In this document: in pieces, positions 20,238-31,039 of the stretch
Layout: each line of letters begins with the position of its first letter
How positions within the stretch are numbered: the stretch's first letter is position 1
NCBI GenBank assembly: GCA_051453625.1
Contig: JBOZIK010000001.1
Coordinates: forward strand, 13,321,235 to 13,360,200
Source of the DNA: Welwitschia mirabilis
Taxonomy: Eukaryota
Length of the DNA stretch: 38,966 nucleotides
Direction: 5' to 3'
The notes under the pieces: model-generated
The model's database searches: none
What the model was told of the DNA's origin: nothing
Seen by the model: only the letters and a program-made list of their open reading frames with translations
Translations under genes and position numbers: made by a program

Positions 20238-23200
20238 CAAACTTCATATAGAAATAACAATTAAAATCTTTCACATTTTAAGGATTCAACCTCATTTACA
20301 AAAACTTCTTACAATTACTTTTATCAATACCATCCATCTTCTATGCATTACTATGAAGAAGAACCATCTCTCATGAACTACTATGAGGAAGAACATGATT
20401 CAATAAAAGAAATGAATGACAAAATGACAAAGAACCAAGAAAATAATAATAAAAAATTAGAGAATTTAGTTGAGATCCTTTAATAAATACTATTACAAAA
20501 TCTAATCTCTTTTACAATACAACAACGTCAAAATCTATTCTTCTATGTCCCACCTTAAGGAAAATGAGGAGAAATTAGACACAAATGATAATGATTCTTG
20601 ATTTCAAATATAAGATGAATATTCAAATCAAACTTTAACATCCTACTCATTAGGAGATGAGCAAAGAGGAGATAATAATAATTTAACTCAATCTCTTAAT
20701 AATAGAAATGGGGATGACCATTTATTTGACAATGATCCTAAGGTATTAGATTATATTCCTAGAACCCATTCACTAATAGACAATCTAATTAAAGAATCCA
20801 CTCACGAAAAATATGAAAATTCTTTAACCTATGATAGACATAATGATCATATTTCTCCTTCTAATAAATGTCATGAATCAAAAAACATGCAACAAAATGA
20901 TAAGAGTGATTAAGAAGAAGATGATAATGACATTGAAATATTATATCATACCTTTTTTTTCACTTACTTTATAAGGATGATGGAGTTCTACTTGTACAAG
21001 AAGTTTAAATTATGAGATTAATGGAGAATTTAAGTACTAAGACAAATTCAGTAAAAAAGAATCAACTCAAGAATAGCAACTCAATAACCGAACATGAGAA
21101 TTATAGTTTAGAATTAATAAGATTATTTAATAGAGAGGAAGAAGGGTCAAATTAGGAGATATTAAAAAATCTTTCATCACATAATGAATACAATGATAAA
21201 TTTCCTTTCTACAATCTTTTTAATGATTTTTTGATGAATCCACCAACTTAGAAAAGAAATCCTTAACAAAACAAGAAAGAAGAGCACGATATAACCAACA
21301 ATATCGATAATGAAGAAGAAGGAGATGTGATCAAAGAACATAATGAAGGAAGTAAAAAGAGAATTCAACCAAGTAATGATGAAGTCAATAATGAAAAGGA
21401 GAGAAATAAAGAAGAATCAATTGAAAATCACATAAACTTAATAGAGAATAGACTTATAACTTTCAATTAAAAAAACCAACTCAAAAAGTCTCTACATGTT
21501 TCTTCATCTCTTTCACTTGTAATTTCTTTCAAAATCTTAAATGACATACCTCCTTCTACTTCTATGTTTACATTAGCTTGTGATCTTAAATATGATAACC
21601 TCTTTCACTTTTTCTTTTTTGAACATTCAAGTAGTTCTTCAAATGATATCCCTGTCCTTAATAAGACACATCACCTTGAGGGCTTGACTTCAAAAATCTC
21701 TCAATTCTTTCCTTTGAAAACTTCATGTGCTACAAAAAGTAGCATCTTTTTCTATTTTGCAAAGCCAACTCTGCCTTGCACTTTTAATGATTATTTTTTT
21801 CAAAAACAAGACCTAAGATATCTTAGAACTCTAGATTAAAGCAAACCATACCTTCTTAATACAAATCCATTCTTAAAATTAAATGTTAAGGAGCTTTTTA
21901 GATATGTTAAACCTATCTTAATCACTCAACCTTTAAAGTTTCTTACAAATACTTGGATCACAAATAATACCTTCCATGTTCAATATCAAGCTTTGAATGC
22001 AATTTATCTTTCAAATCCTTTCTATCATGAGTTTGATAAGAGATTTATTTTCCATAAGTTATACAAATTTCTATTCTTTTGTATGCTACTAAATCTTGTA
22101 GAGACAAAATGACATGTGCTCATGCTAATCAAAAAAAGCCTTATGTTCTTAATAAAAATCCATGTCTTGAATAAAATAATAAAAAACATTTTAAAGAGCC
22201 CTCAATGTCTTCCTAGAAAATTTTCTTGAGTACCTTCTTGAATTCATGTTATAATGATACTCATGATTTACAATGTTTTAATAAGAGATTGCTTGTTAAT
22301 GATATTTATCACATCTTCATCTTTTATTTAAATTTTAAAATTTGTGCTATCAAAGTTTTATCATTTTACTCTCTCTTCCTCTGATTGATTTTACTTGAAA
22401 ATGATTATATAACTTTTATGTTTTATTAATTGGTGAATATTTTGTTTAGTCCTTATTTCTCTGAAAGAATGCAATATCCTAAGACCATATTCCTAGAAAC
22501 CAATCTTTCTTCTCTTTCCTTCAATAAAAGTATTGAATAAAGATTTTAGGAATTGCATAAAGTTTATTTTTAGCTTGCATTTGTGTTTTCTTTTTGCTCT
22601 TATGTTTTTATGATTTTGACTTTGGTTTTAATTTTAAGTAATAAATTAACCTCTAGATGATTAGGCCCTTACATTATCTTTGAAAAAGTACATTCTAATG
22701 GCTATGTTAAAATTTCTAACTTAATCACTAAAGAAATTTAGAAAGTTATTGGGTAAAGGTTAAAATATACGAGAAACCTTCTAATATAAACATGATATAA
22801 GTATTAGCCGTAGAGGTTCCCCTTGATGAGAAGGATTTCTCCCCTACCGTTGTCTGAATTTTCTCTTGGCTTTGTCTTTTGGAAGCCATTATGATAACAC
22901 TCGATCGTCTTTCAAACATGACTTATGTATTTATTTTTATGACTAGTCTTTGACTTGGGCATTTTATAGTGGTAAGATTGGATTCACTCAATCTTAATAC
23001 ATTCACACATCTATGAACTTCAATTTGAAGAAAGATGCCTTATTTTTTTTTTTTTTTTTTAATGATGAAAAGGTATTAGATTGTTTAATGGTGTTTTTTC
23101 CTATCTTTTATCTTATTAGTTCAGCTTTGTCTTTTGGAGTGTTTGGTCATGTGGAATTTTTTCATTTGTAATAGTAATGTTTTATATTTGAGGTAGCTCA

Positions 23201-24383
23201 AAAACATATCAACATGATGTCCTACCACAATTACACTAGGTAAATTTTTCTAAAAGGGGCCTTGGCAGTGTAATATGGTAGCTGTGAAAAATCCACTGAG
23301 GGGTTAGTTGTCCATGCTTTATGGGCCCTTACTTCTCTAACTATGGTTGCACTACCCTCATTATGGATAGTTAGCTAATAAAATAATAAAAACTTAGAGG
23401 CTATGGGATCATTGGTATTCTTAGTATCATCAACGACATTGCTTGTTTCCTAGACTCTTAGCCTTTCCACATGATCATTTCATTTCTAAAGATTCAAGTG
23501 TTTGTTTTAAGATGTAGGTAGGTGAGTTTATTTTTTAGCAACTCTTTGATATTATCATTTTTTTAAAGCATTTAATTTTAGCATCATCATAACTACTATC
23601 TTATCAAATGGAATTTTTTTATACATTAGGTTATGCATTTTAAAATCAAGTGATGTTATGATTTCTTTCATAAGAGTCTGACTAGGTTAAAATTTAGGGT
23701 AGTAAGGCTATCTTCTTTATGTTGCCTTATGTCTATTATTTTTGTTTTATTTCATTATTTAGTTAGTTGTTTCAAAGTCATTTTCTGATTTTCTTATCAT
23801 TTTAGGACCTTAACATTTAATGGTTTTCTTGCCTAGTTTTTAATAAAGAATTCATTTCTTGCTTAGATGATCTTCCTTAATAGTTTTGTGTTGTTTATTT
23901 TTAATCTTTTGGAGTTCAAATTATACTCTTAATCATTTTTGTAATAGCACATTTGTGTGGTATTCACGGATTTGCTTCATTCTAATTAGCACATTTTTCA
24001 CTAACTACTCTTTCCATGCTTATCAGAATATTCCATACATCTATATTTTTCAAATTTGACATTTCTACACTTAGTGTTACATGTAATTCATCAATTGTCC
24101 AAATTTAAAAAAAAAACACCCATTGTCTGACTTCTCATTCCTATCTGATTTCCTTGCTTTACTAGCTAATACAGGACGTATTGTTATTCTCAAGGAGGAC
24201 ATGACTTATTTTCATGGCTCACTTTCATAATTTTTTAAGGTATTTTAAGCTTTCATAAGATAATTTTTTTTAAATTATATCTCCATACACATGATGTGTT
24301 ACATGTTATTTTGCGATGTAATGTGTTTAAGATTATTTATGAGCCTATTTTATAATTTCCAAATTGATTTTTTTAAAAGATAA

Positions 24384-25260
24384 NNNNNNNNNNNNNNNNN
24401 NNNNNNNNNNNNNNNNNNNNNNNNNNNNNNNNNNNNNNNNNNNNNNNNNNNNNNNNNNNNNNNNNNNNNNNNNNNNNNNNNNNNNNNNNNNNNNNNNNNN
24501 NNNNNNNNNNNNNNNNNNNNNNNNNNNNNNNNNNNNNNNNNNNNNNNNNNNNNNNNNNNNNNNNNNNNNNNNNNNNNNNNNNNNNNNNNNNNNNNNNNNN
24601 NNNNNNNNNNNNNNNNNNNNNNNNNNNNNNNNNNNNNNNNNNNNNNNNNNNNNNNNNNNNNNNNNNNNNNNNNNNNNNNNNNNNNNNNNNNNNNNNNNNN
24701 NNNNNNNNNNNNNNNNNNNNNNNNNNNNNNNNNNNNNNNNNNNNNNNNNNNNNNNNNNNNNNNNNNNNNNNNNNNNNNNNNNNNNNNNNNNNNNNNNNNN
24801 NNNNNNNNNNNNNNNNNNNNNNNNNNNNNNNNNNNNNNNNNNNNNNNNNNNNNNNNNNNNNNNNNNNNNNNNNNNNNNNNNNNNNNNNNNNNNNNNNNNN
24901 NNNNNNNNNNNNNNNNNNNNNNNNNNNNNNNNNNNNNNNNNNNNNNNNNNNNNNNNNNNNNNNNNNNNNNNNNNNNNNNNNNNNNNNNNNNNNNNNNNNN
25001 NNNNNNNNNNNNNNNNNNNNNNNNNNNNNNNNNNNNNNNNNNNNNNNNNNNNNNNNNNNNNNNNNNNNNNNNNNNNNNNNNNNNNNNNNNNNNNNNNNNN
25101 NNNNNNNNNNNNNNNNNNNNNNNNNNNNNNNNNNNNNNNNNNNNNNNNNNNNNNNNNNNNNNNNNNNNNNNNNNNNNNNNNNNNNNNNNNNNNNNNNNNN
25201 NNNNNNNNNNNNNNNNNNNNNNNNNNNNNNNNNNNNNNNNNNNNNNNNNNNNNNNNNNNN
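24384..25260. other. Assembly gap, probably hiding the PPT and start of the 3' LTR
   Basis: Run of N; 25261 aligns about 150 bp into the 5' LTR. Confidence 0.97.
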
Positions 25261-26226
25261 AGGCACTTTCTAATGCTTACTACTTTGGAAGAAGATCAAT
25301 AATGCTAAAGATAATTTCTCTTGAGTTAAAAAGCTAAGGAGGGCTATCATCCCCATTCTCATCTCCATGACAAATAAGACAACAGCCTCATACATGCCAA
25401 AATAGGATGCTGACTGAACTAGAGCTAGGATCAATTGAAGCCTCTTTTCTAAGAATGTCATCCCCATGGTCGTCTGCATGACATGTAGGACAACAAATGT
25501 AATGTTTATCCATCATTTCCTTGGTCATCCCCATGATAGGTAGAATAAAACTTGTAATCGCTAGTTGATCTTTGTCCATTTCATCTATTTCTTTCTTGTA
25601 ATTGAGCAAATTTTATAGTGCCTTTGATATAATGGTTTCAATTCTTAGTCCTATAAATAAGAACCCCCTTTTACTCTTCTCTCCATCTTCAGTGCACCAA
25701 ACAATCTCATGACAGGAGATCGAAGGACAAGAGATCCATCTGATGAGTTACAGAAAGATGTTCCCTTAGTGAAGGGCTATGCATCCTCCATTGAGCCCCG
25801 ACTATTTTGTAATCCAAATGTTAGTTTTATGTTAATACAAAACTCTATTTTCATTGTGTATTTAGTTGTGTTATATTTTCCTTATGGTTTATGTTGTCTT
25901 TGATCTGATGATAGTTTCATTAATGATATAGGTCTTAAGGGTAGCTTTTGTTAAGGTTGAAGAAAGTTATTTTAGATTCATTTTGTATTACATTTAGATT
26001 TAGTTGCATTTGCATCGCATTACATCTTTATTTTCTACATTTCTCTTAAGTTTTGATTATGGTATTCTTTTTGAAAATCAATTTTCATTCTCCTCTTGTA
26101 AGTCTTCAATGGTTATGACATTTAGATTACTTCCATTCATACTAGAGTGTGCATTTTTCAATCCATATATTTTGATTAATAGGATTTAAAGTAAGACATG
26201 AAGCTGCAAAAGTACGTACCACAACA
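25261..26226 (+). repeat. 3' LTR of Athila-type element (5' part in gap)
   Basis: Colinear with ~18205-19158; ends AAAAGTACGTACCACAACA; about 19% mismatch over a ~140-bp block counted by eye. Confidence 0.9.
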
Positions 26227-27535
26227 CCATGTAAATTAGGTATAAACCTCATATTCTATAAGTTATTTTTTTATCATTAGATTTCATAATGATTATGTTA
26301 CCAATACCTTGAATTACATAATTCATTCCATTTCTCAACATAACATGTCCAATGGGTCCTCTAGTTAATATGTGGAAATAAGACTTATAGGGACATACAT
26401 GGAATGAAATACCAATGTTGATGATCTAAATGCTGAATTTCCCAAGATATGCCTTTTCTAGCATAGTACCATCAATGCTAAAAAGCACCACTACAACTTA
26501 TTCATCTATCTGATTTCCATCATTTCTAGCTGCAAATCCATTTTCCTCCTTTGTTTTTGTATTGTAAAAGGGAAAATCCTTTCTCTATTGATCTTTATTC
26601 TTGCATACCTAGTAAGAAATATCTATATTCTAGAATTTTTCCTTACTTTATCTTCAATCTTGTTGTCCTATTTGATCTCTTTGCTAAGATCTTTCTCTTC
26701 TTTTAATACTAAGGACTTCTGCACTATTGAAAACATTTTTGATGGATGCGTTTCTTTTTTTAGCATCTAGTAGACTACTAAGAACATTATCAAACCTTAG
26801 TGTATTAGTTCTTGAGGTAGCACTGATGGTAGAAACTATGATCTTTCAATTATCAGGCAATCTAAGATTACTTTTAATGATTTCAACTAAGAAAAACAAT
26901 AGTAAATTTTAAAATATATTGGGTAAGATAAGTACTTCCCTTTAACTTTAGTCAAAACAATCTTCTCATCTTGATTTAATGGATGCCTTTTTTTTTGTAG
27001 CATCCAATAGAGTAGTAAGCACATTATCAAACCTTAGTGCATTATTTTCTAAGGTAGCACTGATGATAGAAACTATGTTCTTCCAACTATTAGGCAATGA
27101 AGAGAGCAACAAAAGTAATCTAACTTCTTCCTTAAAGGTTACTCTTAATGATTTCAAATAAGAAAAACAACATTAAATTTTAAAAGATGTTGGGTAAGAG
27201 AAGTACTTCCCTTCAACTTCAGTCGAAACAAACTTTTCATCATGAAGACTTTATTTGCTCTAAATGATTACTTATATAGGAATGCAAGATTCTTCTAGAA
27301 CCCTTTAATAGATTCACATCCATCACATCATAAAGAAATTCATTCCATAGACAAGGCCTAATAAGAGATAATGTCTTTTTTTAAAGATTCATCTAAGCCT
27401 TTGCACTCATTCTTGAGGATTATTTGTCATGCCCTTTTATAAACAAATCCTGAAATTCCTTCTGGTATAAAATATCCACCATAGAATTTTATAGATTTTC
27501 TAGTTAGATAACTTCTATATCTCTGCTCTCCCCAT
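26227..27535 (-). pseudogene. Tork-like gag and protease pseudogene
   Basis: MVDILYQKEF near the start, ANKVFMMKSLFRLKL, LLLLSSLPNSWKNIVSII, decayed zinc knuckle (~26570-26620), and NMRFIPNL adjacent to the Athila insertion. Confidence 0.85.
26742..27241. repeat. Diverged tandem duplication within gag (26742-26970 and 26979-27241)
   Basis: Both copies start ATGGATGC..TTTTT..TAGCATC and end AAACAA.CTT.TCATC; the first copy lacks ~33 bp. ORF-track peptides 26727+ and 26979+ are paralogous. Confidence 0.88.
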
Positions 27536-27620
27536 CTCATCCAAAGCACAAACTTAGAATAGGGATCATGCCCAAAAGAAGTTGCTAGAACCCCTTTTCT
27601 AGAGATGAGAAAAACCTTAG

Positions 27621-27633
27621 AGGTTTGATAGGA
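27621..27633 (-). other. Heavily decayed PBS of Tork-like copia
   Basis: Minus TCCTATCAAACCT right after the LTR end TAACA; partial match to TGGTATCAGAGCC. Confidence 0.4.
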
Positions 27634-27635
27634 GT

Positions 27636-28150
27636 TGTTATGAAAATGTAAAAGTAAGAAATAGAATGAGAACAAAGAAAATAGGTAATAACATAGAAAA
27701 AAACACACTCATAGGATTTACATGATAAAACTATACAATGTAAAATAAAACATCCATAAGAAAGCAAGTAGTCTATTTGTCTTTAAAAAAGAATATCATA
27801 GTTTATAATAAGGCTTCTATCTTTAAGAGAAGATTTCTCTTCAATACCCTTCTATAATTACTTAAGTGAAACTACACACTCAACCCAAGGATCTAAGGCC
27901 CTTTATATACTAGTATTCCTAGTTATAGAACATTTTACTCAGGACTAATTTTAGCATAAACATTACAAAGATCATTACAACCAAAGGGATTACAATACAC
28001 GATTGTTATAATAGCTGGTAATGTAATGCCAGTATAATAACTCTTTAAGACAAGAACATTACAATAGCTATTAAGACAAGGATGTTATAATGGCAATTAA
28101 TACATGAGAGTTAGAAAAACATTCTATTCTAAATTTGTCATGTAACTATT
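27636..28150 (-). repeat. 5' LTR of Tork-like copia
   Basis: Colinear with 14657-15170; outer terminus eroded. Confidence 0.88.
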
Positions 28151-28766
28151 TACAATTACAATACATGAATCACATGATCAAAAGCATAAGTTATGATAGT
28201 CCCTTTACCTAAAACCCATCCTAGTGCATTCATAAAGATATCCCTTAATGCTAAACTAGATATATATTATATCAAAGCTAAGTACATGATCTCAAATTAA
28301 TTATAATATATTTGTAAAGTTGGAAGGAATTTTTGACTATATTCTATCTCTTATTTCTTTACTTTCATGTTGATCTTCTCTCTATATTATCTTTGGAAGC
28401 ATTATCTATTCTTCATTTCCATTTACTACGATTATAGTCATTTATTTGTAGCCTCCTACATCCTCTCATAGTCCATTTTTTGTCACATTTTCTTCCTTGT
28501 GCATTCATCTATAGGAAATTATAAGGATGGTGAAGTACACATGAATGCATAGAGGATTAGACATTAGATCTTATATGCATTTGAAATGAATACTAACAAA
28601 AATGGCTAGGGTTGCATTTGAAACTAACAAATGTTCTTTTCCTTTATGATTTTATGCTTATGTTTATATGATTTATGCATTTCTATCATGTATTTCTTTT
28701 GAGTTAATTAAACGTCTAATAGCATGTTGCATATTTAGCGCTAATGAAATTGTCAAATATTTAGTA

Positions 28767-29644
28767 NNNNNNNNNNNNNNNNNNNNNNNNNNNNNNNNNN
28801 NNNNNNNNNNNNNNNNNNNNNNNNNNNNNNNNNNNNNNNNNNNNNNNNNNNNNNNNNNNNNNNNNNNNNNNNNNNNNNNNNNNNNNNNNNNNNNNNNNNN
28901 NNNNNNNNNNNNNNNNNNNNNNNNNNNNNNNNNNNNNNNNNNNNNNNNNNNNNNNNNNNNNNNNNNNNNNNNNNNNNNNNNNNNNNNNNNNNNNNNNNNN
29001 NNNNNNNNNNNNNNNNNNNNNNNNNNNNNNNNNNNNNNNNNNNNNNNNNNNNNNNNNNNNNNNNNNNNNNNNNNNNNNNNNNNNNNNNNNNNNNNNNNNN
29101 NNNNNNNNNNNNNNNNNNNNNNNNNNNNNNNNNNNNNNNNNNNNNNNNNNNNNNNNNNNNNNNNNNNNNNNNNNNNNNNNNNNNNNNNNNNNNNNNNNNN
29201 NNNNNNNNNNNNNNNNNNNNNNNNNNNNNNNNNNNNNNNNNNNNNNNNNNNNNNNNNNNNNNNNNNNNNNNNNNNNNNNNNNNNNNNNNNNNNNNNNNNN
29301 NNNNNNNNNNNNNNNNNNNNNNNNNNNNNNNNNNNNNNNNNNNNNNNNNNNNNNNNNNNNNNNNNNNNNNNNNNNNNNNNNNNNNNNNNNNNNNNNNNNN
29401 NNNNNNNNNNNNNNNNNNNNNNNNNNNNNNNNNNNNNNNNNNNNNNNNNNNNNNNNNNNNNNNNNNNNNNNNNNNNNNNNNNNNNNNNNNNNNNNNNNNN
29501 NNNNNNNNNNNNNNNNNNNNNNNNNNNNNNNNNNNNNNNNNNNNNNNNNNNNNNNNNNNNNNNNNNNNNNNNNNNNNNNNNNNNNNNNNNNNNNNNNNNN
29601 NNNNNNNNNNNNNNNNNNNNNNNNNNNNNNNNNNNNNNNNNNNN
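28767..29644. other. Assembly gap (N run)
   Basis: Run of N. Confidence 0.99.
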
Positions 29645-30919
29645 TTCTTAATTCTTCACATTTATTCTAGTACATTTTCTTATGAATCCATCTATCTTAT
29701 TAAGTATTGGATGATGAATTTCTCTTTTCTTCTTTCTAATAGCATTAACGTGGCATATATATATATATATGTTTTTTCTTAGCTATGAAATTTAAATTAT
29801 TCATTTTTACATTAGTACTTCTATTTTATTTCTCCCTTTTTGAACTAAAGTAGAATTACTAAGTGCCAGTTTTGGTTTGGTCATACATTTTTTTCCTCAA
29901 CTTTAATTGTTCTAAAATTTATTGTTAGCATGTAAAAATTCTCATTTACTTCAAGTGTTGTAGGCTACTTTATCATATTTGAAATATTAATGTCATTATT
30001 TTAATCTTAAAAACATATCTTATACTCTTTTTGATGTCATATCTAACTTTATGAGTTATCCCATGATATTTCCAAGGCTTTAGCGATGTTTTAAAGCAAA
30101 TTTTAGAAGACAAATCCAATTTTGCACAAAATGATGATAGAACTGGTGACATGTGGTGGTTACTTCAGTTGATGAAGGAACCCTACTCTGAAATCCATGT
30201 GTTGGACTCATCATACTAATTGATTTTATTTCTGTCCTTACATAAAGTTTGTTATAGCATTAAAATATTTTGTCAAAAAATGATAAAAACTAGAATACAA
30301 AACCACAACCACCTAAAAAAAAAGTAAAACACAAAAGCCCAATCACCCCAACCCTCATTTTCACTATAAAAATGGATAAGTACCTCACTTTGTAACATTT
30401 TTTACCATTAGAGAGCATTTAGCCTTTGAGTAAAGAAGCCTTTTATCATGTCTTTCTACTTTTCCTTTTTGAAAATGGGCTAGCCTTAAGAGTACCATGA
30501 TATTTCATGTTTAAGCTTGAGTTTTTACTTCTTTGATGTAATGCATTATCAGTTTTTCATAATAAAGATTATAGTTTCATTTCTTGATTTCAAGTTGTGA
30601 TTCATTTCATAATTTTAATGCTTGACATTGAATGTACATTTTGTTAAGTTACTAATACATTTAAGTGAATTTTATTATTCATATTTTAATCTCATAGTGT
30701 AATTTTGTTTGATGATTTTTGCATGCGTTTCCTAGTTTTCATGCTTCTGAATAGGCTATGACAAACTAGAGTAACTAGAGGATCTTACCAATACTCATGT
30801 GGTGAATAAGATAATGTCACCATCATTTAAGCTTTATTAAACTTGGCATCACTAATACTTATTATGAAATTTTATAGCATATCATTAAATAAAGGTCTCT
30901 TATCTTTGTGAAATATTCA

Positions 30920-31028
30920 TGTTTATACTTGGGTGCTATGCTTCAATTATTTATTAAACTTCTTTTTGTTTTACATTGCAACTTAAAACATTATCTTTTT
31001 GTTTATACTTGGGTGCTATACTTGGGTG
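30920..31028 (+). repeat. Perfect 20-bp direct repeat plus 12-bp tandem at the 5' break of the pol fragment
   Basis: TGTTTATACTTGGGTGCTAT at 30920-30939 and 31000-31019; TATACTTGGGTG repeated again at 31017-31028. Confidence 0.9.
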
Positions 31029-31039
31029 ATATTAGAAAT

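Larger units (their letters stand above)
18054..26226 (+). mobile_element. Athila-type Ty3/gypsy element, apparently non-autonomous (gag remnant, no recognisable pol)
   Basis: 5' LTR 18054-19158 (TGATG...CAACA), tRNA-Asp-type PBS, 3' LTR visible at 25261-26226. Decayed 5-bp TSD TTATA/CCATG; removing the element and one TSD copy restores the host copia reading frame. Confidence 0.85.
14657..28150 (-). mobile_element. Degenerate Ty1/copia LTR retrotransposon, Tork/Tnt1-like, split by a nested Athila-type element
   Basis: LTR pair 14657-15170 and 27636-~28150; PPT at 15171-15183; RT IILMLYVDDMLL...KDLGAAKKILSMKINRD; gag ANKVFMMKSLFRLKL and LLLLSSLPNSW. Possible TSD TTTTC/TTTAC is weak. Confidence 0.9.

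Noticed and set aside
20109-20261. 24-bp direct repeat around the 100-N gap
   Set aside because: Most likely an unmerged contig overlap.
28500-28549. TGCATTCAT...ATGAATGCA hairpin as a miRNA or Helitron end
   Set aside because: Only a 9-bp stem with an unpaired loop and no CTRR terminus context.
4758-29651. Long ORFs in the track at 4758, 5302-6338, 19978-20376, 24364-25302 and 28668-29651
   Set aside because: They are open only because they run through N gaps.
29756-29770. (TA)n microsatellite
   Set aside because: Short and ordinary for AT-rich plant DNA.
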